From a virus: a stretch of 64,000 nucleotides of DNA. The notes beneath the pieces are model-generated. The model was not told the DNA's origin, ran no database searches, and worked only from the letters and a program-made list of their open reading frames with translations. Positions within the stretch are counted from its first letter, which is position 1. Each line of letters starts with the position of its first letter. A program made the position numbers and the translations under genes. The stretch lies in the IMG/VR virus record IMGVR_UViG_3300044833_000115, positions 2,758-66,757 of that record. One strand, written 5' to 3'. Below, piece by piece: positions 8,939 through 18,192 of the stretch.

Positions 8939-9144
8939 TTGGGTTTACCTTCTTTGATTCCAGGATAACGATTGGCGACTTTATCCCTGACAAGTTTTCG
9001 CAGGGCGGCATCGCCATGCTGGGCAACACGGCTGAGTGCCGCTCGCGCATGGGAAGCATTTTGCACCGGGTACGCGCGCTTGGACGGTACGGCGAACGCC
9101 TTGGCGGGCAGGGCGTCACGCTCATCGCTGGTCAGCTTGGACAT
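8935..9144 (-). CDS. DUF6582-like small protein
   Basis: KLTSDERDALPAKAFAVPSKRAYPVQNASHARAALSR. Confidence 0.7.
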   Translation of the reverse strand: MSKLTSDERDALPAKAFAVPSKRAYPVQNASHARAALSRVAQHGDAALRKLVRDKVANRYPGIKEGKPK

Positions 9145-9288
9145 CCCGCGTTCCCTCCATAGGGGTAACCGTCAGTTCGCCGGTGAGTTGGTTCACCTGC
9201 ATCTGGTTGTCGCCGCTGATCCAGGTGAAATACTGATCGGCATCGAGGTCTTCGCGCCGGTGCCAGGGGCTCCCGTCTTTCAGATCCG

Positions 9289-9519
9289 TCATTTCCGGCC
9301 CTTCCGTTTGCGGGGGTTGCGGGTCGCGGCGTTCAGTCCCTCGGTCGCCAGCTTCAGCGCCGTCGTCATGCCGATGCCGATCAGGATCAGCACATGCGGC
9401 GCACCCAGCGCCTTGATCAGCGCGTCCAGGTTCATCGCGTCGGGGTCGGTCACCTCCCACGGCGGCTCGTTGTCGATGATGCGCCGGGCTTCGGCTTCGG
9501 CTTCAGCCAGGTCGCTCAT
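9289..9519 (-). CDS. Hypothetical protein
   Basis: Coupled ATG at 9519; followed by another small coupled ORF at 9122-9292. Confidence 0.5.
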   Translation of the reverse strand: MSDLAEAEAEARRIIDNEPPWEVTDPDAMNLDALIKALGAPHVLILIGIGMTTALKLATEGLNAATRNPRKRKGRK

Positions 9520-9785
9520 GACTGCGCCGTGTAGCCGTCCTCGAATTCCTTCTTCGGGCACACCGACTTGTAGCCGTCGCGGTAGCGCATCGCGTAGTCG
9601 CCGAGGGTGCAGCGCCTCACCATCATCGGTTCGGTGGTGACGAAGGACTCGGTCGAACAGTCAGGCAGCGACACGACAAGGCCGATGGGAAAATCCCCCG
9701 GCAGCGGGTTCAAAGGATACTCGAAACCAACAATCGGCGCGGCACTGACGACTTTGTGGGAGACGTATTTAGGCCAGTCGGTCAT
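9516..9785 (-). CDS. Conserved small phage domain (YxSHKxVxA...YxDGYxSxxPxxxFExGY)
   Basis: KYVSHKVVSAAPI...GDYAMRYRDGYKSVCPKKEFEDGY; coupled to the portal stop. Confidence 0.7.
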   Translation of the reverse strand: MTDWPKYVSHKVVSAAPIVGFEYPLNPLPGDFPIGLVVSLPDCSTESFVTTEPMMVRRCTLGDYAMRYRDGYKSVCPKKEFEDGYTAQS

Positions 9786-12139
9786 GGCTTTTTCTTTCCT
9801 GCTGGTTTCGCTGGCTTGGGCTTCATGCTCGCCACCTTGGTCGCAGTCTTGGCCGAGGTGTCGGTTGCGTGCCGGGCGGTGTCGGCCGAGGTTTTCGCAG
9901 TCTCGCGGGCCGTGGCCGCGCCGGTATCTGCAACATGGCGATCGGTGTCAGCTTGCGTCGCCGCGGTCGCCGCGCCAAGGGCCGCGGTGGTGTGCGCCGT
10001 ATGCGCCTCGATCCCGGCCTTGTGCTTGTCGGTGTCGGCCTTGATCTGGGCGGTGTGCACGGCGGTCGCCGCGTCGATCGCGGTGCCTTGCTGGTCGCGG
10101 GTGTGCTCGCTCGCCAGCCGGGCCTTCTCGATCTCCAGGCGGGTGTTCTCGACTTGCTCCTGGCTCGTCGCGGTGCGCTGGCGGGTCTCCATCTCCAGTT
10201 GCTTGTTCTGGGTTTCGCTCGCCATCTCGGCCTTCTTGTTCTCGTCCTCGATCTGCGCCTCGGCCGCCTTGCGTTGCAGATCCACGCTGGCCTGCTGCGC
10301 CTGCTGCATCTTGGCTTGCGCCTCCAGCATCCGCGCCTGGCCGATCAGCGGGTCGGGGGGGGCCGGGCCGGGGGGGCCACCGGCCGGCGGCGCGGCGGGC
10401 TGGGCCAGCACGAAGGCGTCGGCGTCGTTGACCCCGATCGTCTTCCAGGCCCGCTTATGCACCGCCGTCATGTCGTAGAGGGTCGGGTTCTGCTGCGCCA
10501 CGGTGACCAGGGCGGTGGCAAGCTGGATGCGGTGGATCTGGCTGGGCACGTTCGGGTCGGACGCCGGCAGCAGGTTGCAGTTGGCGAATTCGTCGGGCTT
10601 GTCCCATGGCCGCAGCGCGCCGGGCATCTTCGCCAGCGCCTCGGGGTTCTCGACAAAGCACTCCCTGATCAGTTCCAGTTCGCGCGCCTGGGCACGGTGC
10701 AGCCGCTTGTGCACGGCACTCATCGTCTGGGTAGACACCTCGATCATGCTCATCATGGTGCCGACCGGGACGTTGGTGCGGCCCTCGCCCATCTCGGTCT
10801 CCGCCATGCCGGCCATCCGCATGGAGTCCTGGCCGATCGCCTCGGCCAACTGCATGAACACCGGCGATACGTCCTTGTAGGGCATCGGCATCAGCGCTTT
10901 GCGGATGTCATCGAGGGAGCCGATGTCGATATCCGGCCACTCGCCAGGCCCCGGGTTGATGTCGTTGGTGCCCATCCTGACGGATTTGACCTTCACCCCG
11001 CCGGGCGCGTTGGAATACATCCCCGAGGTGACCAGCAGCCGCCAGATGCCGCGGAGCGCCTGGGTCTGGTTGCCCAGCAGGTGCATGAAGCCGAGGCAGA
11101 GAAAGTTGAAGCTGGGCACCATGCCGTAGTGCACGAACCGCTGGCGGCGCTTGAACTGGTCGTCGCCATCCTTCCAGCCGCGCCTGACCGCCAGCACCTT
11201 CCGCGACTGCTTGTCGATCGTGCAGATGTAGGACAGCGGCAGATCGGGGAGTTTGCGGTCATCGATCCCGTAGTCACCCAGGTCCAGGTCGGCAGTGATC
11301 TCGTAGATTTCGTGCGGCACATCCTTCGGCCGCGCCTGGATGCCGCTCGTTCCCTGCACCCGCTCCTGGGCGATCCGCAGCATGTCCATCGACGGTTGCG
11401 CGCTGCCCAGGTCTTCGTCGCACCAGTCGGCGAACTTCTGCATCCGCTTGACCATGACGGTGGACATTTCGGAGCGGTGCGTCACCCGGAGGGCTGTTTC
11501 CAGGTCGGTCGCGTCCTCGGAGACGATCAGATCCTCGATCCCGACCGTCTCGGACACCGGCCGCTTGCGCAGCGGGTGCATGTAAACCTTCTTGAAGGCG
11601 TTGCCCGAGTAGAACAGGCCGAACAGCATCCGGTCGGTGTCGGGGTAGTACTCGGGCGCCCCGCTGGTCAGGTAGGTGTTGATATCGGTCTGGAACGCCG
11701 CGGCCAGGTCATCGCCCTCGGCAGATCCGCCGGCGACGTTCTCGACCTTGCACGGCCCACCGGCCGGCATCAGTTCCGCTCCCGCGGCCGACTGCGCACG
11801 CACCACCGCTTCCAACAGCAGCGGGTGGCCTATCTGGCTGGTCTTGGCGTTCTTGTCGTTCTTGGTTTCCAGGCCCAACAGGTCGATGCCGTTGGTGTAG
11901 TTGGCCAGGAACCCCTCGCGGCTCTTGATGTCCATCTCGACGCCATCGAGCAGTTCCTCGGCGATCCCGGCCTCATCCAGTTCGTCGCGCAGGGCGAGGT
12001 TTTCGTGAAACCCCTTGGTCGGGTCATTCGATCGGCGAGCACTCGGGGCCTTGATCGTCACACCACCGTCGGGGTCTATCTCCACGACGGTTTCGGAGGT
12101 CCCCAGGCCGAAGCCCGGGATCTGACTCATTGCGTTCAC
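9782..12139 (-). CDS. Portal protein (P22-like) with long C-terminal coiled-coil barrel
   Basis: 785 aa, HPLLLEAV, GNAFKKVY, RVTHR, PGEWPDID, PVGTMM; follows terL. Confidence 0.9.
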   Translation of the reverse strand: MNAMSQIPGFGLGTSETVVEIDPDGGVTIKAPSARRSNDPTKGFHENLALRDELDEAGIAEELLDGVEMDIKSREGFLANYTNGIDLLGLETKNDKNAKTSQIGHPLLLEAVVRAQSAAGAELMPAGGPCKVENVAGGSAEGDDLAAAFQTDINTYLTSGAPEYYPDTDRMLFGLFYSGNAFKKVYMHPLRKRPVSETVGIEDLIVSEDATDLETALRVTHRSEMSTVMVKRMQKFADWCDEDLGSAQPSMDMLRIAQERVQGTSGIQARPKDVPHEIYEITADLDLGDYGIDDRKLPDLPLSYICTIDKQSRKVLAVRRGWKDGDDQFKRRQRFVHYGMVPSFNFLCLGFMHLLGNQTQALRGIWRLLVTSGMYSNAPGGVKVKSVRMGTNDINPGPGEWPDIDIGSLDDIRKALMPMPYKDVSPVFMQLAEAIGQDSMRMAGMAETEMGEGRTNVPVGTMMSMIEVSTQTMSAVHKRLHRAQARELELIRECFVENPEALAKMPGALRPWDKPDEFANCNLLPASDPNVPSQIHRIQLATALVTVAQQNPTLYDMTAVHKRAWKTIGVNDADAFVLAQPAAPPAGGPPGPAPPDPLIGQARMLEAQAKMQQAQQASVDLQRKAAEAQIEDENKKAEMASETQNKQLEMETRQRTATSQEQVENTRLEIEKARLASEHTRDQQGTAIDAATAVHTAQIKADTDKHKAGIEAHTAHTTAALGAATAATQADTDRHVADTGAATARETAKTSADTARHATDTSAKTATKVASMKPKPAKPAGKKKP

Positions 12140-12945
12140 CAGGCAAATCCCTCGGCCGTTCGTCGCTCACGCGCACCAGCATCGTTGGCATCACGCCGCG
12201 CCGGGTCGGCCGCAGGCATCCACAGGGAAGCTCCCAAACATCGAGATCACACTGGCCCATTTCGGGGCGGCGTAACCATCCCATTTCGATCGCGGTTCGC
12301 TGAACCACGATCATCCGCTGTCGCCAAGATACGTCTTCAGCGCGGCCATCAGCCGCGCCCACCAGCCAGGTTTCTTCGGCGGATCGGGCAGCGGGTATTT
12401 CATCCCAGGATCGATGCTTTCCATCCGTTCCTCTTGAAAATCGGCCGCAGATCGTAGTCGTGGCACCCGATCGCCCACTTGAGGATCGGCGCCGCGGCGA
12501 TGCAGCGGCGGCTATGCGTCAGTTGTTCCATGACGATCCCGGCGACGAAGTGATCGGCGACCACGCGCACCAGGATCTCGCCCTCGATCACCCCCAGCAC
12601 TGGCCGGTCCACCAGTCCCCCACCGCGATCAGCGTCATCCAGAACATCATAGTCGCGATTGTCAGCAGCGCGATCGTGCTCAGACCACGCGCGGCCGACG
12701 GGTACGCATGAATGGTCACCACTTCCCGTTGCGCAGGATCTCGGTCACCAGGGCGGGGTCGGGGGGACATGAGCATTCCGGCCACGTGCATCCTTCAGGG
12801 CTGAAGTATGGCGCACACATGAACGGCTGGCGCCGCGGTTCGACAGTCTCGGCGATGATCAGCGGCCCACCAGGATACCCGGCGGCGTCACCAATTTGCG
12901 GCAGGAATTCGTCCCGGCGATCAGCGCTCGACATGGCTACACCCC

Positions 12946-15609
12946 TCACACGCCATACTGCTCGCGGATGCTGGGAGCGTTGCCCTTGAAGGTCAGCCCT
13001 TCGAGCCGTTCGGTCTCGACTTCATCGGTGTGCTGGACAACACCCAGGTCGCGCAGCTTCTTCACGCCCGCGCTCACGGTGTCCGTGAGGTCTTTCCACT
13101 TGCTCCGCGGAAACTGCGAAACCTCGTCCATGACCATATCGGCCCATTTGCGGGCTGGTGCAAAGACCAATCCAGCCGAGAACGCGGGGGAGACCGCGTG
13201 CAGACGGGCAACCTTGTCGCCCTTCGGCGACTCCGCGAAGATGGTGAACTCCCCCTCACGCATCAGCCGACGCAGTTCCTGCATCACCGATAACCCGCTC
13301 GCCTTGGCCTCGATCAGCACCGCATCAGCCTTCCGCCGGCGCGCGGTATCGAGGATCTTCAACGTGAGCGCGCGCAGTTCCAGCCGCTCACGCCAGGCCT
13401 CCAACAGGATCACCTTGGGATTGCCGCTCATCTCGAACGAGCCCCAGACGGTGCACGCCGACCAATCGTTCTCTTCCTTCTCGGTGTAGGCGGTGTCCAC
13501 GGACAGCAGAATGTAATCCAGGTCGGGGTAAAGCATCCGCAACACCTTCGTCCCGTCCACATCGACCTCGCGCGTCCAACTGTCCTCCTGCCCCTCGGGC
13601 GGCCAGACGCGCCACCACTCCCGCGGAATGATTCCACCGCCCCGCGTGGTCGGGATCTGGTTCATCTGCCCGGCCCAGGAGTGCGGCCCCATCAGCCGCT
13701 CGGTCTTCACCGCCCAGGCAGGGCTGAACCGGGCCGGCCAGAGCATCGCGCCCTCGATCTTGCGCGGATCATCGAAGCCGATGACGGTGTGACAGTGCCG
13801 CCGGCTGTCGTACTCCATCGGCAACATCAGGTGGACGATGCTGCTGCCGCCGGGCTCGGCCAGGACGTGCCCCGACAGGTCGTTTTCGTGCAGCCGCTGC
13901 ATGACGATGACCTCGGCGCCGTGCACCGGGTCGTTGGATCGCGTGCGCCACACTTCGTCGTAGGCGCGCAGCGTCGCGTTGCGCTGAAGATCGCTTTCGA
14001 CCTCATCCGGCTTGGTCGGATCATCGACAATCCGGATCGCGCCGCCCTTGCCCAGGCTTTCAGGGATGCCGGTCGATATCCGGCTTCCGCCCTCCAGGGT
14101 GTCGTACTGGGACTGATTGTCGCGGTCGCGGGCGATCCGCACCCGATCGCCCCATCGCGCCTGATACCACTCGCTGCCGATCAGCCGGCGCGCAGTCACG
14201 CCGTCCGCTTCGGCCTTGTTGGCGCCGTAGGAGGCGCACAGGAACCGCACGCCGGCGCCGCGCAGGGGCAATTCCTCATCCGGCTCCAGCGCCCAGGTCC
14301 AGCACGGCCAGGCGATGGCGATCAGGTTGGTGTTGTGCGTCGGGTTTAGCTGGCGCCCGACCAGATACAGCCCATCAGGCCGATCCACCTGGATTGACCG
14401 CGCGCCTGTCTTCTCGATCGGGCCGATAGAGCGGATGCCCACCGCCCGTTGCGGGGAGAGGATCGTGTTTTGCTTCCGAGGGATGCGTGTCGGGAGACGC
14501 ATCGTTGGCTGGAAGCAAACGCGAAACATCGTCTTTCGACCCTGGATCGGCCGGCCATTGATCAGTCGCGGGCGCTCGCGAGGTTCTTCTGAAATCACGT
14601 AAGGCCGCTGGCCCATCGTGGTCAGTAGATCGACAATGCCATCACGAAGCCGCGGCATCGCCGTCGCTATGTAAACCCTACCGTCCCGATCCACGCCGCC
14701 ATCGGTATCCACCAGCCCGGCCAGCAGTTGCAGCCGCTGTTCGTAGCTGGAGCGCAGGTAATTTTCGGGGATGTGCTTGTCGCCCAGCACCTTGAGGGCG
14801 CCCATGGCGGTATAGAAACCGCCTTTGAAGTCGGCGTAGTGCACACCGGTAACGGGATGAACTCGGCGCTGGCTAACGACACAACCGCCGTCGACCATCG
14901 CCTCGACAACCCCGGCATCCCGCTCGACATATGCGATCCTGGCCTGCCGACTCGACCCATCCCCAAGCCAAGCCCCGAGCGCATACGGGTGGATGGGCAA
15001 CAGGCTGGCATGTGGGAATTCCAGGGGATCGATTTCTGGAAGCTGGAAGCGAGCACGGCCGCGGGGCCATACCCCCCGCTGCGCCATATCCCACGTTTCC
15101 ATCGTCTTGCGACGCCGCTCAGGCAAACGCTCACCACGGTCAATGACCGTCCACTCGTGATTCGGGTGACAGCGGATCACCTCGCCGTTCGTCAGTGTGA
15201 CAGGAACAACCTCATCCACGTCAGCCGATAGCCCGATGATCGTAGTTGGCTGGCCATCAGGCCCGAATACCTGATCCCCAATCTTCAGATCGCCATGCGT
15301 GGACCATCCTGCCGTTGTCAGAACCGGCGTATCATGGGCACACGCCTTACCGGTTCGCGGCGGCTGGTTGATCAGCAATCGGACGATCTGCCCGGCGGTC
15401 ACCGCTTCGAGGTGCTCGGCAATCGCCCCGATATGCCAGTTCGACATGAACGGCGAACTGTCGAACGCGCCCCACGACTGCGCCAGGAACTCCGCCAGGG
15501 ACGCCTCGCACGCCTCCTGGCTTTCGCGCAGTTCGATCATCCGCTTTAGCATCACCGCCCGGCGGATCTTGGCCGGGCTCAATGTCGCGATGCTGGGAGG
15601 TAGGGCCAT
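12946..15609 (-). CDS. terL: Terminase large subunit containing an intein
   Basis: Walker A NQPPRTGK|T split by the intein, Walker B IVDDP, VIVMQRLH, RNase H-like SVDTA...IEAKASG...DLTD; likely start ATG 15609. Confidence 0.93.
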   Translation of the reverse strand: MALPPSIATLSPAKIRRAVMLKRMIELRESQEACEASLAEFLAQSWGAFDSSPFMSNWHIGAIAEHLEAVTAGQIVRLLINQPPRTGKACAHDTPVLTTAGWSTHGDLKIGDQVFGPDGQPTTIIGLSADVDEVVPVTLTNGEVIRCHPNHEWTVIDRGERLPERRRKTMETWDMAQRGVWPRGRARFQLPEIDPLEFPHASLLPIHPYALGAWLGDGSSRQARIAYVERDAGVVEAMVDGGCVVSQRRVHPVTGVHYADFKGGFYTAMGALKVLGDKHIPENYLRSSYEQRLQLLAGLVDTDGGVDRDGRVYIATAMPRLRDGIVDLLTTMGQRPYVISEEPRERPRLINGRPIQGRKTMFRVCFQPTMRLPTRIPRKQNTILSPQRAVGIRSIGPIEKTGARSIQVDRPDGLYLVGRQLNPTHNTNLIAIAWPCWTWALEPDEELPLRGAGVRFLCASYGANKAEADGVTARRLIGSEWYQARWGDRVRIARDRDNQSQYDTLEGGSRISTGIPESLGKGGAIRIVDDPTKPDEVESDLQRNATLRAYDEVWRTRSNDPVHGAEVIVMQRLHENDLSGHVLAEPGGSSIVHLMLPMEYDSRRHCHTVIGFDDPRKIEGAMLWPARFSPAWAVKTERLMGPHSWAGQMNQIPTTRGGGIIPREWWRVWPPEGQEDSWTREVDVDGTKVLRMLYPDLDYILLSVDTAYTEKEENDWSACTVWGSFEMSGNPKVILLEAWRERLELRALTLKILDTARRRKADAVLIEAKASGLSVMQELRRLMREGEFTIFAESPKGDKVARLHAVSPAFSAGLVFAPARKWADMVMDEVSQFPRSKWKDLTDTVSAGVKKLRDLGVVQHTDEVETERLEGLTFKGNAPSIREQYGV
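14332..15345 (-). mobile_element. 338-aa intein with LAGLIDADG homing endonuclease (class-3-like, Ala1)
   Basis: N-terminus ACAHDTPVLT, block B CHPNHEW, LGAWLGDG and LAGLVDTDG motifs, C-terminus PTHN followed by Thr+1. Confidence 0.9.
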
Positions 15610-15699
15610 GGGAATCATCCGCGATTGCGGCTGATCCCAACGGCACGTTGGCTCAGACGGGGTTAGAAGGCGGCTGCGGCACGCAGCCCCGAAGGCGGG
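15610..15699 (-). promoter_or_regulatory. Structured 5' leader of terL, paralogous to the capsid leader
   Basis: GGCTGC-GTGCC-GCAGCC, CTGAGCCAAC-GTGCC-GTTGGGATCAG, CCGC-AATC-GCGG, then ATGATTCCC-ATG. Confidence 0.7.
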
Positions 15700-15978
15700 T
15701 TAGATCCAAGTCTCCACGATGACAGGATCATCGCCCGGCTGTCGCGGCATCCGGCAAAGCCCGGGGGGAAGCAAGTCCCTCACAGCCTCTAGCGTCGCAG
15801 CGACCATGACGAAATCACAAGGAGCACCGGCGCGCGATGAATATGGCCTGGCGACGAAGACCCCCGGGAAGTCCTTTGGTTTTTCGTAGATTGTCCACAC
15901 CAGCAGATCGCCGGCCACGTGGGCTTTCCGCTGGAAACGCCAAGCGTCGTCCCGTGTGGGGTAGTCGCTCAAAGCCAC
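15700..15978 (-). CDS. Conserved phage hypothetical protein
   Basis: WTIYEKPKDFPGVFVAR...LPPGL...DDPVIVETW. Confidence 0.7.
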   Translation of the reverse strand: MALSDYPTRDDAWRFQRKAHVAGDLLVWTIYEKPKDFPGVFVARPYSSRAGAPCDFVMVAATLEAVRDLLPPGLCRMPRQPGDDPVIVETWI

Positions 15979-16238
15979 GCCTCAGCCCGCTCGCCAAAGC
16001 GGCCTTTATACCCCGCGATCATCAATTCCAGATCGGCGAGCCGCACCGGCACCTCGGGCAGCGCGCCGAGTTTTGCCGAGGTGCCTGGAATTGCCGCCGT
16101 GCAGATTGTCAGCGCCTGGCTATGGCTGTAGCGACCGGCGTGCGAAATCCGCCGCACATACCCCCGGCCACCCGGCCCCCACCACGCGCTGTGCTCATGC
16201 GACCAGATTAAATAATCGCCGTCGGAATTGTCAGCCAT
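15969..16238 (-). CDS. Conserved phage hypothetical protein
   Basis: YLIWSHEHSAWWGP..RGY....AGRYS pattern. Confidence 0.7.
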   Translation of the reverse strand: MADNSDGDYLIWSHEHSAWWGPGGRGYVRRISHAGRYSHSQALTICTAAIPGTSAKLGALPEVPVRLADLELMIAGYKGRFGERAEAWL

Positions 16239-16253
16239 CGGCGTGGTCCTTCC

Positions 16254-16655
16254 TCAGAACAGGCAAACCCGTGGATCGAGCCCCCGGGCCAGGGCATCGC
16301 GGGGCGGGCACAGCTTGTCGCCGGCCTGTTCCTGCCACCGGCACACCGCGGCCTTGGGGCAGTCGTAGGAGCGCGGCGCACCCACCAGCCGCCGCGGCTG
16401 ATTGGGGCCAACCACCAGCATCGCACCGCCGCAGGCGGCGGCTTCCTCGACCAGGGCCTGGATGCCACCGGTTGAACAGGCTATCGACCACCACGGACAG
16501 CCACCGGTCTCAATGTCATCATGGCCAGGGCAGGTGCCGCCATACTCCCCGGTCCAGGGCGAGCCGTTGGGCGCGATCAGCGGGCACATCGAGGCCGGGC
16601 ACTGCATCACCACATCAGCCATCGTTTCCACCATGGGGGCCGCCGTTGCTAACAT
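16254..16655 (-). CDS. Cys-rich hypothetical protein
   Basis: About ten Cys in CP/CR motifs; start uncertain. Confidence 0.5.
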   Translation of the reverse strand: MLATAAPMVETMADVVMQCPASMCPLIAPNGSPWTGEYGGTCPGHDDIETGGCPWWSIACSTGGIQALVEEAAACGGAMLVVGPNQPRRLVGAPRSYDCPKAAVCRWQEQAGDKLCPPRDALARGLDPRVCLF

Positions 16656-16839
16656 ACTGTTTTTGCGACTTGTTATAGGCCATCAACGCAGGCCACCGCG
16701 CGATGACCTTCGCTATATCAGCCGATGCCTGCGGGTCGCTGACACCGAACTTCTTCCGGATGTGCTCGCGGTTGATATAGCCCCAGATCTCCACGCTTTC
16801 CTTTATCCAGGCCAGACGCTGTTCAACGAACCAGGTCAC
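16615..16839 (-). CDS. Stand-alone CapW-like winged-helix DNA-binding protein (74 aa, no WYL domain)
   Basis: GTG at 16839 coupled to the upstream stop: [42 protein letters not shown]...[11 protein letters not shown]. Confidence 0.75.
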   Translation of the reverse strand: MTWFVEQRLAWIKESVEIWGYINREHIRKKFGVSDPQASADIAKVIARWPALMAYNKSQKQYVSNGGPHGGNDG

Positions 16840-17059
16840 CCGGCGATCTGTCGGCGCAACCAGTCCGTCATGCCGGGCGAGATGTAGTCCAGATCCTCCG
16901 CCCGTTCGGCCAGAAGCCGCTCCGCCGTCCAGCCGCGGCGCAGCATCGTGGCGAAACCGCTGTGGGCATCTGCTTCCGTGAGCGGCGTTGGTCGCGGCTC
17001 GGAGGGACGCTCGCAGCAGGGGCAAATCATGACGCGGGGCAATGCTCATCCCTCCCTTT

Positions 17060-17332
17060 CTAGCAGCCCTCGTTTCCAGGACTGCCCGGACTGCCGGGGG
17101 GTTTCAGGTGGATTTCAGTGATCTCGGTCACCCGCCCCGGCTGCTTGGGCAGCGCGTTCACCACCGCCTGGTGGGCATCGCTTAGGGTGAACCCTGGATC
17201 GTCCATGATGACCGCGAACACGCCGGCAGAATGACGCGCATCAATGTTCCGCATCAACTCCACCACTTCAGCAAATTCACCGTCGCTAAACGGCCCGGTG
17301 ACGATGAGCGTCCTGACCTTCCAATTCTCCAC
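17060..17332 (-). CDS. Hypothetical protein
   Basis: 90 aa, RBS GAGGGGG, globular composition. Confidence 0.55.
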   Translation of the reverse strand: MENWKVRTLIVTGPFSDGEFAEVVELMRNIDARHSAGVFAVIMDDPGFTLSDAHQAVVNALPKQPGRVTEITEIHLKPPGSPGSPGNEGC

Positions 17333-17396
17333 GAGCCGCGGCCCCCCTCAGTGAGCGGGAATGTTAGCGCGACATTTTGTCTACGTCACCGCCCCA

Positions 17397-17846
17397 TCAG
17401 AACCGCGAGCCGGGGGTCCTCGGCCGGCGCCGGATCACGTGCCCATGGCCGATCCCCACAATCTGCCCGAGCGCTGCCGCCGCGTTCGCCGCCTTCACGT
17501 GCGCCATGTAGTCGATCGGGCAATACCCGAACCCCTGGGACGCCAGCCCGCGCAGCGTGTGCGCCTCTTTCCGCATGTAGGGCTCGCCTTCGCGGGGGCA
17601 TATGCGCTGGATCGCCACCATGCGCCCGGCCGTGTCATCGTACTGGCCAGCAACAGGATCGAACCACAGATCCGTCACGACGTAATAGACAACCACCTGT
17701 CCAGGGTTGAGAGCGCTCGCCCACGCGCGCTGTAGCTGGTCGCCAACCTTCAGCCCGGCAAAGCGCAGCGCCCGTGGAGATCGCCGGCGCTCCCGCGGCT
17801 TCATCTCCACCCAGCGACGGCCGGTGTCGTCAGTTATCCAGGTCAT
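17397..17846 (-). CDS. Hypothetical protein
   Basis: RBS GGAG before ATG 17846; YYVVTDLWFDP...TLRGLASQG. Confidence 0.6.
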   Translation of the reverse strand: MTWITDDTGRRWVEMKPRERRRSPRALRFAGLKVGDQLQRAWASALNPGQVVVYYVVTDLWFDPVAGQYDDTAGRMVAIQRICPREGEPYMRKEAHTLRGLASQGFGYCPIDYMAHVKAANAAAALGQIVGIGHGHVIRRRPRTPGSRF

Positions 17847-17853
17847 ACTCCCG

Positions 17854-18078
17854 TCATCTTCCACGATCCCCGCGGATCGGCCGCGCGGGACGCAGGGCCT
17901 CGCCTGGAACACCATCGAACACCGTCGACGATGCAATCCGTCCGGTGGCAAGACAGGTCGCGCAGTAGCGCGCGCCGCCGCGGCTGGCGAACGGCTGGTG
18001 GCATTTGCCCAGGCAAACGCGCTTCTCCGTGCCGGGCGGCGGCGTCCAGTCCTCGTTGTCAGCAACCCGTAGTGCCAT
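17854..18078 (-). CDS. Small zinc-finger protein
   Basis: RVCLGKCHQPFASRGGARYCATC. Confidence 0.6.
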   Translation of the reverse strand: MALRVADNEDWTPPPGTEKRVCLGKCHQPFASRGGARYCATCLATGRIASSTVFDGVPGEALRPARPIRGDRGR

Positions 18079-18192
18079 CGCTCTCTCCCTCAGTGCCACG
18101 GCAAGCGCATCGTGCCAGGAGGCGCGATCGACGCGAAGAACAGGAACATCACCGCCGCCACCGCGAGCGCCCAGAGCACCGTCTTGGCGAGA

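Noticed and set aside
9869-12457. 862-aa plus-strand ORF
   Set aside because: Antisense to the portal, with no recognisable motifs
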